The notes beneath the pieces are model-generated. The model had not been told where the DNA came from, searched no databases, and saw nothing but the letters and a program-made list of their open reading frames with translations. DNA of 64,000 nt from Octopus sinensis (taxonomy: Eukaryota), in assembly GCF_006345805.1 (NCBI RefSeq), contig NC_043010.1:63178001-63242000 (forward strand). The letters run 5' to 3'. Numbering within the stretch: the stretch's first letter is position 1; each line of letters opens with the position of its first letter. Positions 11,748 to 24,481 of this stretch are shown piece by piece. The translations under genes were made by a program, and so were the position numbers.

Positions 11748-11761
<14 letters not shown>
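10824..11761 (+). mobile_element. About 940-bp element with 95-bp terminal direct repeats (Penelope-like/retrozyme-like non-autonomous element)
   Basis: 10824-10918 and 11667-11761 are near-identical (ttgaag..gaatgtcccgtc..gttcttgtcccagtttg..acatataatatat). Pyrimidine-rich interior, no credible ORF. Confidence 0.55.
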
Positions 11762-11780
<19 letters not shown>

Positions 11781-11781
<1 letters not shown>

Positions 11782-12010
11782 TTCTTTACTACCCACAAGG
11801 GGCTAAACACAGAGGGGACAAACAAGGACAGACAAAGCGATTAAGTCGATTCCATCGACCCCAGTGCGTAACTGGTACTTAATTTGTCGACCCCGAAAGG
11901 ATGAAAGGCAAAGTCAACCTCGGCGGAATTTGAACTCAGAACGTAACGGCAGACGAAATACAGCTACGCATTTCGCCCGGCGTGCTACCGTTTCTGCCAG
12001 CTCGCCGCTT
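11781..12010 (-). mobile_element. SINE family A (tRNA-like head + Meta-like core), tail 1
   Basis: Head gcggcgagctggcagaaacg..gagttcaaattcc, core gcctttcatcctttcggggtcga..aagtaccag, tail ..agccccttgtgggtagtaaagaaa. Many copies in the window. Confidence 0.9.
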
Positions 12011-12637
12011 TATATATATATATATACGTATGTATGTATGTATATAATATATATATATATACGTATGTATGTATATATATATATATATACGTATGTATGT
12101 ATGTATACAACAAGCTTCCATACAGTTTCTGTCTACCAAATCCATTCACAAAGCTTTGGTCAGCTAAGGGCTATAGTAGATGACCATTGTCTAAGGTGCC
12201 ATGCTATGGAACTGAACCTGTGACTAAACGGTTGGGAAGCAGTCATGCCTTCACCTATGTGTATGCACGTCTCATTCCCAAGATTCTCAGGATCAACACT
12301 CAAAGATGAAATTTAGCCATTGTGAGGTAGCTAGAATTAAAGAAGAATGCGGAATTGGTTTTGATACCAACAAATCAATTGGTTACATACTTCACTTTAT
12401 ACTTCAAACAATGTTTAAATCATCATCATCATCATCATTTACTGTCCGTTGTCCATGCTGGCATGGGTTGGACAGTTTGACGACCAGGCTGGCTTGCTGG
12501 AGGACTGCACTACACTCCAGTCTGACTTGGCATGGTTTTCTACGACTAGATAACCTTCCGAACGCCAAAAGGTCCATAACAATGTTTTAATTGGTTTGCA
12601 ATCCACTGGATCTCATTAAAGATTAGGAAATATAATT

Positions 12638-12820
12638 ATGAGAAAGTTCCTGGTTTTTGATAAAAGAAAATACAGGTGGATCAGTTAATTATGATTTTAT
12701 TCAACATATTCCCCTCTCAGATTCATGCATTTATTTCAGCAGTCCTTCAGTTTTCTAAGTCCTGTAAAAGAACTCAGATGGTTGGGCTTCCAGCCAGGCT
12801 TTCATGATACCATTTAAAGC
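12638..12820 (-). mobile_element. Mariner right-end fragment
   Basis: The minus strand reads KCMNLRGEYVE*, typical of a mariner transposase C-terminus, followed by a TIR-like ccaggaactttctcata. Confidence 0.6.
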
Positions 12821-12933
12821 ACTCTCTTGTAGTTTCTATGATTTTTTTTTCTCAGTGTCAAACTATCTGAGACCAACCATATTAACTGTTTCAATACCAA
12901 TGGACACAAGGCTGTTATAAAAAGAAAACAGTG

Positions 12934-13155
12934 CCCATTAAGTCCCACTGTCCTATAAATAGGACACTAAATGTGAACATTAAATAAGCTATATCACATT
13001 GTCTCAGTGTCCTATTTATAGGACACCAAGTATTTCCATTTCTACTTGAAGTAAAGGAGTTTTAATAATTATTTTTTTCATTTTAACCTATTTTCAATCA
13101 TCTGTAAAAATTTAAAAGTAATATTCAGAAATTTAAGTATCTGGGGCTTAAGGGG
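12934..13155. mobile_element. piggyBac-like MITE
   Basis: Ends cccattaagtccc / ggggcttaagggg with TTAA on the right, plus two internal palindromes tgtcctat(aa/tt)ataggaca. Confidence 0.55.
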
Positions 13156-13841
13156 TTAAATCAAACTCTCACTGAAAATATATTTGCAATGGCAAAAGCA
13201 AGGCTGTGTGGTTAAGAAGATGGCTTCCCAATCATTTAGGTTTCAGGTTCAAATCCACTTCACAGCACCTTGGGCAAGTATTCTATACTATATTCCCAAG
13301 CTGGTCAAAGACTTGTCAATTGAGTGAATCTGGCTAATGGAAACTGCAAGGAATCACTCGTGTGTCTGTGTGTGCACATATACATACATATGTGTGTGTG
13401 TGCATGTTTGGGTGCATATGCATGTCTGTGTGAGTGTGTAGGTGTGGGTGTGTATGTGTGTGGTGTGTGTGGGGGGGTGTCCATGTGGGTGTGTATGTGT
13501 CTGTGCATGTGTGCACACATACACATACACACACATATATATATAGCATTGTACTCAATGACGCATTTTGCCACATAGAAATTGCAATTCAATCATGTGC
13601 TCAACCAACATTCTATGCAGTAATTGGCCACTGTTCACATGATAGCTTGGGGCTCTGACTAAAACCTTCCACGAACAAGATCTACAAAAACCAACCAAAT
13701 TAAACACCAAAAATTCAAAGCATCTCAGGTTGAGTTGGTGTATACTCTCCAAATAGCTGTTTACATAGCTATATACTCAACCTGGACTGATTGAAGAAGA
13801 AGACACACCACAGCACCTGAATGTAAATATTAGTCCAAATA

Positions 13842-14237
13842 CTCTTTTTACTCTTTTACTTGTTTCAGTCATTTGACTGCAGCCATGCTGGAGCACCACC
13901 TTTAGTCGAACAAATCGACCCCAGGACTTATTCTTTGTAAGCCTAGTACTTATTCTATCGGTCTCTTTTGCCGAAACGCTAAGTTACGGGGACATAAACA
14001 CACCAGCATCAGTTGTCAAGCAATGTTGGGGGTTAGAAACACAGATACACAAACACACACACATATATATACATATATACGATGGGCTTCTTTCAGTTTC
14101 CGTCTACCAAATCCACTCAAAAGGCTTTGGTCGGCCCAAGGCTATAGTAGAAGACACTTGCCCAAGGTGCCACGCAGTGGGACTGAACCTAGAACCATGT
14201 GGTTGGTAAGCAAGCTACTTACCACACAGCCACTCCT
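13842..14237 (-). mobile_element. SINE family B, full length (about 400 bp)
   Basis: tRNA-like head ggagtggctgtgtggtaag..ggttcagtccc, CORE-like accttgggcaagtg, internal (TA/TG)n and (GTAAAAGA)n tail. Confidence 0.9.
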
Positions 14238-14693
14238 ACGTTGAGCTTCTGATGAAAACTTTCTGTACATGTCATGTTACACTGCTTCATCTGAATGTTT
14301 CCATTAATTGTATTGCATAAACACCTTTCTTATTGATGCAACAAGTAAATTATTTCCCAATACATAAATAAACCTTCCTTGTTATATATATATATCCTAA
14401 AAAGGCACAGGTCTGACTGTGTAGTAAGAAGCTTGCTTCCCAACCACATGGTTCCGGGTTCAGTCCCATTGTGTGGTACCTTGGGCAAATGTCTTCTACC
14501 ATAGCTTCAGACTGACCAAAGCCTTGTAAGTGGAAATGGTAGATGGAAACTGAAAGAAGCCCATTGTATATATATTGTTGTATTTTGGGATAGTCATTTT
14601 TGTTGCCAAAAATAAAAATGACCATCCTGAAATACAATATCTGTTTCAACACACGACTTCACATCATGAACCTTGCAACACAACTTCATAAAC

Positions 14694-14745
<52 letters not shown>

Positions 14746-14749
<4 letters not shown>

Positions 14750-14876
14750 CTTTCTGTAGAAGAGCATAGGCTCGAAACATAAAAGACTTTTTTCTGTTCC
14801 TGAGCGTTATACTAATACATCTGTTTGTTTTGTACACCACCTGCCTTCGTCTTTTGTTTTTTTCGTAAACTCTCCC

Positions 14877-14877
<1 letters not shown>
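14746..14877 (+). mobile_element. Short (TA)n-embedded repeat with hammerhead-like motif, copy 2
   Basis: cttt-CTGTAGA-a-gagc-atag-gctc-GAAA-ca-TA-aaag. Homologous to 1298-1427 and flanked on both sides by (TA)n. Confidence 0.65.
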
Positions 14878-14908
<31 letters not shown>

Positions 14909-15579
14909 TAAATACATATATATATATATATATATATATATGTATTTATGTGTGTGTGCGTCTTTGTGTTTATGTTTGTCCCCCCCACCACCACCACCAT
15001 CTCTTGACAATTGATGTTGGTATGTTTATATCCCCGTAACTTAGTGGTTTGCCAAAAGAGACTGATAGAATAAGTATCAAGCTTAAAAAAAAAAAGAACT
15101 TGGATCGATTTCTTTGACTAGAAAATTCTCAAAGGCAGTGCTCCAGAATGGCCGTAGTCAAATGACTGAAACAAGTAAAAGAGTAAAAGAGAGGAGAAGA
15201 TGTCCAAATACATTGACATATTCACACAAATGTGTGGAAAAGTTAAAAAGCTGTTGGTGTTAAATGCCAGGAATGGCCTAAAAGTATGGAAGAACAATGG
15301 CATCATCAAACTCTTAGAGATGTTATGAAAAATATCAGCTTTATCATTTCTTGTAATTAAAGTAAAATTGTTAGAAGATTGGAAAAAAATACTTTGCGGT
15401 ATTTTTTCAGACTCATTATGTTCTGATTTCAAATGCTGTTTGGGTTGACTTTGCTTTTCATCTTTTTGTGGGGGTCAATAATATAAGTATCAGTTAAGAA
15501 CTGGGGTCAATGTAACTGACTGCTCCCCTAAATCTGCCGGCCTTGTACCAAAATTTAAAACTACTGTTTCTTTTCATTT

Positions 15580-15792
15580 GACCTTTAGCATTCAGATTAC
15601 CTGTTCAGGTGTAATGTTTATTCATTCAAATTGTTTTAAATTAATCATGTTCTATCTTGTAGCCTTGAGATCTCAATGATGAGATTGTTCACTTTTAGAA
15701 TGATATAATGTATGTTAGGTATGGTCAGTTTGGAAACAAAACAGGTAGAATATATGGACCTGATGTGGTTAGTTTGAATGCCAAAGGGTTAA
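15580..15792. mobile_element. piggyBac-like MITE family (related copies at about 30168-30730, 31105-31323, 33800-34005, 46025-46258)
   Basis: Ends cctttagcattc / gaatgccaaaggg-TTAA; the shared internal sequence recurs in the window. Confidence 0.6.
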
Positions 15793-16689
15793 GTCAAGTT
15801 TAGAATGCAATTTAACTTAGGAGAATGCAAACATTTTTTAAAATAAAATGATAATTATAAGGTGTAGGAAGAGAACATTACTCCATCGTTAATAAAAAAT
15901 TAATGAGAGAAGGGAATTTTATTTTGGTTTAACTGGACAAGACATAACGGACAAAATGTGTAAGTGATGACATGTCAGTGGTGTGTTTTAAAGGTTACTA
16001 AATACATGCCAATGATTATAAAAGAAGGAAATATAGAGAAACATTAAGTTAAGAAAATGGATTCCAAAATAAAATCAAATATGGAGGAAATATAAGCTAA
16101 ACTCTGAACTAGAACAACTGAAAGACAAAGAGATACAATCTGCCATTTCATCTTCCACTAAACTGTATTAGTTACTAGTTTAACTACGGTAACTACACGA
16201 GGAACTAGTGTAACTAAGAGAGCTACACCTGTTACTAGTGGGGTTTAGCTGAAGGACGTTGTAAATGGAGGTTAGACATGTAGCAAAATATTCCTTACTC
16301 GATTAAAGAAATATCTTTACACATATGTGTACACACACACACAGAAACACACACACACACACACAGAAACACGCACACACACACACATGCAACATAAACT
16401 TAATGCTTAAGTCAGTCCTGATCCCCAGGTTTTATAAGCTTGGAGATTAACCCAGTTTCCACATTGTATAAGTGACTGAGATTACAATACTGCCCCACAC
16501 ACACACTGGATGGGATGCCAGTCCATTGCAGGGTTCACTTCCCAGCTTTTGCTGGAATTCATTTACAGTTGAGTGGACTGGAGCAACATACAATGAAGTG
16601 TTTTGCTCAAGAATATTAGTGTTTGCATATATATGTCTGTATGTATATATATGTGTGTGTGTCTATATATGTATACATATATATATTTA

Positions 16690-16739
<50 letters not shown>

Positions 16740-16741
16740 AT

Positions 16742-16797
<56 letters not shown>

Positions 16798-17088
16798 TTA
16801 TTGTTCATGCACTTTATTGATTTTTAGAATAATGTTTTTTATAGTATATTTATTTTTCTATATGGTGTGAATAACTTCTTTCAATATTGAATTGCTTAAT
16901 AGAGGTTTTTCTCTAAATATATACATATATGTCTACATATATATATATATATATATATATAGACATACAAACAAATGTATACTTACTTGGAAATGGATGC
17001 GTAGCATTCAAATGAATAATAATATAAATAATATACATATCTGTGTGTGTGTGTATATACATACATACACACACACATATGCATATAT

Positions 17089-17395
17089 GGGTACAGGACG
17101 TCATGAGCTAAATACGCAAACAACGAGAGAAAAATAATGGAAAACAGGACAAGTAACACAAAGAACGACCCTTCATCAGTTGTTGGCTGCCTTCTACTCC
17201 TCATTTTGAGCATTGAATGACAATATGAGTCTTCAAAGACAGTTGCTCCAATACATACCAAAATAAGATTTTGGAATTTATGGAGGGACAAAGTAGGGAA
17301 CAAAGACAAGACAGTGGAGACATACAAGGAAACCAAAGGAATACAAATATGGAGGGTCGTTAGACCAGAACGAGAGTAAAATAGCAATTGCTGGA
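17089..17395 (-). mobile_element. Possible Penelope-like non-autonomous fragment
   Basis: Purine-rich plus strand. The minus strand has CTGATGAAGGG (core 17173-17179) and a T-rich tail ending cctgtaccc at a (TA) tract, a layout like the other hammerhead-bearing repeats. Confidence 0.35.
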
Positions 17396-17397
17396 GT

Positions 17398-17859
17398 AAT
17401 AGACAATAAAGCACATAGACAATTTAGATAGAGACAATTCAGTGCATAGACAATTTCACACATAGCCAATTCAGCACTTACACAATTCAGAAAATTGTGA
17501 ATTCAGTGCATAGACAATTCAGCACATACAAAATTCAGCAGTTGAACAATTTGGCATGAGATAAATTGAGTGCATAGAAACTTCAACACAGGGACATTTC
17601 ACTGCATTGACAAATCAGCAATTAGACAATGCAGCAAGTAGACAATGCAGCGTGAGACAATTCAGGGCAGAGACTATTCTGTGCATAGACAATTCAGCAC
17701 GATATAATTCAGTGAATATGCAATTCAGCACATAGACATATTAAGCACATAGACAATTCATCATTAGATCATTCAGTGCATAGAGAATTGTCTATGTGTT
17801 GCATGGTCTCCTGCTAAATTGTCGGTACTGAATTGTCAGGCACTGAATTGTTACATCAC
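17398..17859. repeat. Foldback element: about 24 tandem 16-bp units (ATAGACAATTCAGTGC) followed by inverted units
   Basis: Direct units about 17398-17790, then reverse-complement units (aattgtct.., ctgaattgtc..) to 17859. Confidence 0.75.
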
Positions 17860-18275
17860 AGTCTCATCTACAGGTAAAATAGATTTCCCAAAGGTAGCAG
17901 TGTCTCTCATTATTTTCCATAAATCTGTGCTGAAGGCAGCTCTTCTAGGATAAAGATTTCCTTATGTAAAACATGCAGTCAAAGTATTTCTACTCCCCTT
18001 GCTATGCTGGTCACTGGATCTTATAATTGTGGCCAAGAAAATGTTTTAGAAGCTTGTTTTTTTCACCTAAGTCCAGTGATACACTGATGTCCCACCATTG
18101 TTTCGTTTCTTGATCCAGTTTCCTTTCTCTAAAGTCCTTTTCTGATGGATGTGTGGCGATGGCCTGAAGAGTTATATCCCTGCTCATGCAAGGATGAAAG
18201 TAAACCAGAAAAATCTGGATGGATGTGAGTCTGTTATCATCTGACCAGATGAGGCAATCATCATGAGCATGAAGA

Positions 18276-18680
18276 TGTGTGTGTGTGTGTGTGCTTGTTG
18301 TGTGTGTGTGTGCTTGTTGTGTGTGTGTGTGCTTGTTGTGTGTGTGTGTGCTTGTTGTGTGTGTGTGTGCTTGTTGTGTGTGTGTGTGCTTGTTGTGTGT
18401 GTGTGTGCTTGTTGTGTGTGTGTGTGCTTGTTGTGTGTGTGTTGTCTATGTGCATGTGTGTGTGTGCTGTGTGCATGTGTGTGTGCATGTTGTATGTGTG
18501 TGTGTATTGTCAGTATGCATGTGCATGTTATGTGTGGGTGTTCTGTGTATGCGTGTGTTGTATGTGTGCATGTGAGTTGCATGTGTGTGTGTTGCGCATG
18601 TGTATGTGTATGGGTGTGCATGTGTGTTACATATGTGCATGCATGTTTGTATGTGTTATGTAAGTATGTGTGTGTGTATT
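18276..18680. repeat. (GT)-rich satellite with 19-bp unit GCTTGTTGTGTGTGTGTGT
   Basis: About 8 regular units at 18292-18440, then degenerate (GT)n. Confidence 0.9.
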
Positions 18681-19248
18681 AAAGCCACCATATTTATTAT
18701 TAGGAATCTACTTTTATATTTCTTTCTGTTAATAACATACATATTTCTAATAATTAAACATTAATAATTAATAAAGATATAATTAACATTTGATTATAAT
18801 TTAGAAATTTTAATAATCTTTTGCCATTAGAAATTAATTTTTAGCTTTCTGCACATATTAATAACATTTCCACTTCTAATATTAAACGTGGTTCCACTCC
18901 CAAACACCCGCCCTACAATTATAATTCATTAATCTTAATTGCACTTACGTTAATCTTGTATATTAATTTCAGAGTCACTCCTTAATGAACAATGTAACAT
19001 TATAACCTGCCTGTTTCTTTTCTTTTTCTTTAATATAAAGCAGTGAGCAGGCAAAATTCTTTGCAAGCTGGGTGAAATGCTTAGCGATATTTCGCCCATT
19101 TTCATATCTTCACATCCTGAGTTCAAATTTGCCCATGGTTGACTCCGTCTCTCATCCTTTCGGATAAACTAAGGATCAATTGAGCACCGTGGTCGATGTA
19201 ATTGATGTAGCATGATGGAAGAAAAGGACAACAGAGAAAGAAGCAAAC

Positions 19249-19560
19249 ATCATCATCATCATCATCGTTTAACGTCCATTCTCCATGCTAGCATGGGTTG
19301 GACAGTTCGACCGGGGTCTGGGAAGCCAGAAGGCTGCACCAGGCTCTGGTCTTATCTGGCAATGTTTCTACAGCTGGATGCCCTTCCTAACGCCAACCAC
19401 TCCGTGAGTGTAGTGGGTGCTTTTTACGTGCCACCTGCACTGGTGCCAGGCGAGGCTGGCATCGGCCACGGTCGGATTGGTACATTTTACGTGCCACCGG
19501 CACAGAAGCCAGTTGAGGCGGCGCTGGCATTGGACACGATTCGGATAGTGCTTTTTACGT
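19249..19560 (-). mobile_element. SINE/retroposon family D
   Basis: (GAT)n tail plus ggttggcgttaggaagggcatccagctgtagaaac body and repeated tttttacgtgccacc modules. Confidence 0.8.
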
Positions 19561-19856
19561 ATCTCCAGTCCAGGAGAAAGAAATACAAAGGGCCTTACCT
19601 GTTGACCTTGGCGGAATCAACAGTCACTCTCAAGAAATAAACACGTCTTTGCTCGCACTGACCACACATGCTTCCTGCCCACGCATGCCCCGTGACTACC
19701 ACAGGCCCCTTCAGTCTTCACTTCCGTCTACCTCATCTGCAATCCCCTCCACCAACACCACATAGCTCATCACAGCCCATAACACCACAAACACCACAAT
19801 TGAATTACCTGCTTCCCTGAAAAAGCTGGCCTTGTGCCAAATTTGAAATTTATTTA

Positions 19857-20510
19857 AGGCAGTGAGCTGGCTGAACGGTTAGCACTCCAGGCAAAATGCT
19901 TGGCAGCATTTTGTCAATCTTCACATTCTGAGTTCAAATTCTACCAAGGTTGACATCCTTTTTCGTTCTTTTAGGAACGATAAACTAAGTACCAATTGAG
20001 CACTGGAGCCAAGATAATTGATTTACCTGTTACCTCAAAACTGCTGGCCTTGAGCCAAAATTTGAAGTCCCTATAATGCGGTGAACTGACAAAATCATTA
20101 GTATACTGGGAAAAATGCTAAATGATATTTCATCGCCAGCGGCGAGCTGGCAGAATCATTAACATGCCAGGCAAAATGCGTAGCCATATTTCGTCGGCTA
20201 TTACATTCTGAGTTCAAATTCCACCAAGGTCGACTTTGCTTTTCATCCTTTCGGGGTCAATTATATAAGTACCAGTTATGCACTGGGGTCGATGTAATTG
20301 ACTTAATCCATTTGTCTGTCCTTGTTTGTCCCCTCTGTGTTTAGCCCCTTGTGGGCAGTAAAGAAATAGGTATTTCGTCTGTCCTTTCATTCTTAATTCA
20401 AATTCTGCCAAGGTCTTTTAGAGTTGATAAACTAAGAACCAGTTGAATGGGGACTCAAAATAATCGACTTAACACCTCCCCTAAAATTGCTGGCCTTGTG
20501 CTAAAATTGG
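19857..20510 (+). mobile_element. Cluster of nested family A SINEs (younger copy 20137-20366)
   Basis: Several heads and cores in series; a tail-1 copy interrupts an older copy that ends in a different tail. Confidence 0.8.
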
Positions 20511-20982
20511 AAAGGAATGTTTCTTTTAACCACAACCTAAAATCTATCACACACCAGTCCTGATAAAAATCCTCTGACTGGATTCAGTAGGAAATCTCGA
20601 AGACCAACATAAATTTTTTTAAGATATCAAAATATCTCGACAATTAATGAATATTCAATATTGGTTTCAAATTTCAGCCCAAGGCCAATAATTTCAGGGC
20701 AGGAAGGGGGTAAGTCAATTACATTGACCCTAGAGTTCAACTGGTACTTATTTTATTGACCCTAAAAGGATAAAAGTCAGAGTCAACTCGGCAGAATTTG
20801 AACTGGGAACATAAAATTGGAAGAAATGCCTCTAGGCATTTTACCCCAGCGTGCTAACTCTGCTGCCAGTTTGTCACTCGAAAGTTATCCATGTTTGATA
20901 TCATTATTTGAAACAATATGGTGGCCGCCTGACAAAATCATTAGCGTATTGAACAAGAATGCTTAGCAGCATTTGGTTTATC

Positions 20983-21200
20983 TCTCTTTTACTCTTTACT
21001 CTTTTACTTCTTTCAGTCATTTTGACTGCGGACATGCTGGAGCTCCACCTTTAGTCGAGCAAATCGACCCTTGGACTTATTCTTTGTAAGCCTAGTACTT
21101 ATTCGATCGGTCTCTTTTGCCGAACCACTAAGTTACGGTGACGTAAACACAACAGCATTGGTTGTCAAGCAATGCTAGGGGAACAAACACAGACACACAA

Positions 21201-21231
<31 letters not shown>

Positions 21232-21395
21232 CACATACAACAGGCTTCTTTCAGTTTCCGTCTACCAAATCCACTCACAAGGCTTTGGTCGGCCCAAAGC
21301 TATAGTAGAAGACACTTGCCCAAGGTGCCACGCAGTGGGACTGAACCCGGAACCATGAGGTTGGTAAACAAGCTACTTACCACACAGCCACTCCT
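20983..21395 (-). mobile_element. SINE family B, full length, nested in a family A SINE
   Basis: Homologous to 13842-14237. Family A head lies before it and the family A core resumes at about 21400. Confidence 0.88.
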
Positions 21396-22137
21396 GCGCA
21401 TATCTTTACTTTCTGAGTTCAAATCTTGTGGAGATCAACTTTGCCTTTCATCCTTTCAGGGTCGATAAATTAAGTACCAGTTGCATCCTGGGGTTAATCT
21501 AATTGACTGGTCCCCTCCCCAAAAATTTTGGGCCTTGTGCCTAAAGTGGAAATGAATAAAATAAAACAGCAGCCAAGAACTGGAGTCTGTTTCATTGACT
21601 CATATTTCCATATATTTAAGGCTTTGTGTCTATACTGTGAAAGTGCATGGCTCAGTGGTTAGAGCTTCGGGTGCACAATCGTGAAGTAGTGAGTTCAATT
21701 CCCGGAACAGGCTTAGTGGTATTTTGTCTGTCTTTACATCCTGAGTTCAAATTCCACGGAGGTCGACTTTGCTTTTCGTCCTTTCAAGGTCAATAAATTA
21801 AATACCAGTTGTGTACTGGGGTCGATGTAATCGACTGGCTCCCTCCCCAAAATTTTGGGCCATGGGCCTAGAGTGGAAAAGATTATGTCATGCTTGAGAA
21901 GAAGACCCATCAAACCAAGTAGAATCAGGGTCGTGGCAGATACCGGCGTCACGCAAATGGCACTTGTGCCAGTGACATGTAAAAGCACCCATTACACTCT
22001 TGAAGTGGTTGGCATTAGGAAGGGCATCCAGCAGCAGGAAAACATGCCAAATCACTCTGGAGTCTGGTGCAGCCTTCCAGCACACCAGACCCCAGTTAAA
22101 CTGTCCAACCCATCCCAACATGGACAACAAACATTAA

Positions 22138-22181
<44 letters not shown>

Positions 22182-22695
22182 CCTCCTGCAAAATCTTATC
22201 CCCAAAATGAATAAGTGTGGAAACATTTGGGGACTGATCTCAAGCATCACTCCTCCATTATTGGGTTTATCTGATTAACAATTACCATTATTGCACCTGG
22301 ATTTAGGGCAGAGAGCAGGCTGCGCAAAATGCTTCGTGGCATTTCATTCATCTTTACGTTCTGTGTTCAAATCCTACCAAGGTTGACTTTGCCTTTCTTC
22401 CTCTCAGGGTCGATAAAATAAATTACCGGTTGGACACCGGAGTCAATGCAATCGACTTACCCCCAGCCCGAAATTGCTGGCCTTGTACCAAAATTTGAAA
22501 CCATTATTATGCCTGTGTTTGTTTTGATATTGAGACTGAAGGAATCAACCTTGTTTGTAAAAAATCTTAGACCTGGGTTTGCACCCATCCTAAGCAGATT
22601 CTGTTTCTGCACTTAGGCTTCCACAGTGGCAAAATATTTGATACAGGGAAATGTAGGGGACATACGAGGTGGGTACTTTACAGGGTGTGGTAAAT

Positions 22696-23100
22696 AGGTG
22701 CAGGAGTGGCTGTGTGGTAAGTATCTTGCTTACCAACTTCATGGTTCTGGGTTCAGTCCCACTGCATGGCACCTTGGGCAAGTGTCTTCTACTATAGCCT
22801 CGGGCCAACCAAAGCCTTGTGAGTGGATTTGGTAGACAGAAATTGAAAGAAGCCCATCGTATATATGTATATATATATATATATGTATTTGTGTGTCTGT
22901 GTGTGTCCCCCCCCCACCGCTTGACACACAGATGGTGTATTTACGTCCCCATAACCTAGTAGTTCAGCAAAAGAAGACCGATAGAATAAGTACTAGGCTT
23001 ACAAAGAATAAGTTCTGGGGGTCGATTTGCTTGACTAAAGGCAGTGCTCCAGCATGGCCACAGTCAAATGACTGAAACAAGTAAAAGAGTAAATGAGTAA
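22696..23100 (+). mobile_element. SINE family B, full length
   Basis: Head caggagtggctgtgtggtaag through tail acaagtaaaagagtaaa. Confidence 0.88.
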
Positions 23101-23160
23101 ATTTATTCAATAAAATCACCTTTGGCTTCAACCACAGCCTCCCGGTCACTTCAGAATCTG
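23101..23160 (-). mobile_element. Tc1/mariner-superfamily transposase C-terminal fragment
   Basis: The minus strand reads REAVVEAKGDFIE*. Confidence 0.45.
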
Positions 23161-24481
23161 TTGCAATTCTTCTGATTTTTTTGAAATGAACAAAAACTGG
23201 AAGTGAGATGGAAAATTGTGCTTATTTTTGTATAGTTCCACTTTATTTATATTTGAAAAGTTTTCTACCATTTTTAATTGTAAAGTCTTTGATCAGACAC
23301 TCTCCATGACAACATGAACACTTCAAAATTATATTTCCAATCATATATACCACTTCAAACATTATTTTAGCAAGTTTTATAAATTGATTTCCTTGGTGCC
23401 ATAAACCATTTACCATTTCTGTGATGCCCTAAGCCTGTCCTTATTTTGCTTAATGGTTAATCCAGTGCTGGCTGAAGATCTGTTACGTTTAAAGAAGAGT
23501 GTAGTTAATTTAACTACCACATAGAATGCCCAAAACACACTCTACACCACCAACCTTCTGTGTCGTTAAATTAGATATTTCATATAATATTGATGTTTCT
23601 TATCAAGCTCTCTCGTATCATAATTTAAATCTTATTTCATAAAATATAATTATATTTTAATTATCTAACTTTATGGACTTACAACCTCTCACAAAAGCAG
23701 AGCTGTTAAGCAAAAACCATTTTTATAAACTCACTTAATTATGAGAATATATATTTCTGTGTACAATACTGTTCACATGAATTATAGCATTTGTCGCACT
23801 TAAAAAAACATTTTCCCTTAAACTTAAAATTAAAAATTAAAAATTTACTTGGTTAGTTTTCACCTGTATTTAAAGATATTTAATTACCTTTGCATAATTA
23901 ATACAAAACTCCTAAATAACAGCACTTGTCAGCACCATGGAGTTCCAATTTAAAATTAAAATAAAAAATTCAGCTGTCTTTTCTTCTCCAACTTGTAAAG
24001 ACACACAAAGTGATTAAGATATAGTTATGATTCTCCTAAGCCGGAGCCTGTCATTTCTACTCATTCTTCTTTTAACAAGAACTGCACGGCACATTTTAGA
24101 TGTAACGATATACAAGAAATTGTTTGTTCAACCACTCACCAAATAATAAATTATGGATTTCACATATTCAGTCAACAAAATATACAACTTAGGAAAAAAA
24201 AGACCTTTTTTTAACCATTTTATCTTCTTTGGTTAAACGAAAACCAAACTTAGCTTTTTGTCTTTTATTCTCTAGTTGTTTCAGTCATTGGGCTGTGTCC
24301 ATGCTGGAGCATTGTCTTGAAGGATTTGGTCAAAGAAATTGCTTCCTGTGCTTTTTGTTCTAAGCTCTTTTTTTTTTTGGCTGAGCTGCTGAGTCATGGG
24401 GGTGTAAACAAATCAACACTAGTTATCAAGCAGCAGTAGGGGACGAACACAAAGATAAACACATAAACACACATACATATA

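Noticed and set aside
14023-14244. Recurrent ORFs such as RLPNPLTRLWSA and LQLDALPNANH
   Set aside because: Chance translations of SINE families B and D, repeated wherever the SINE occurs.
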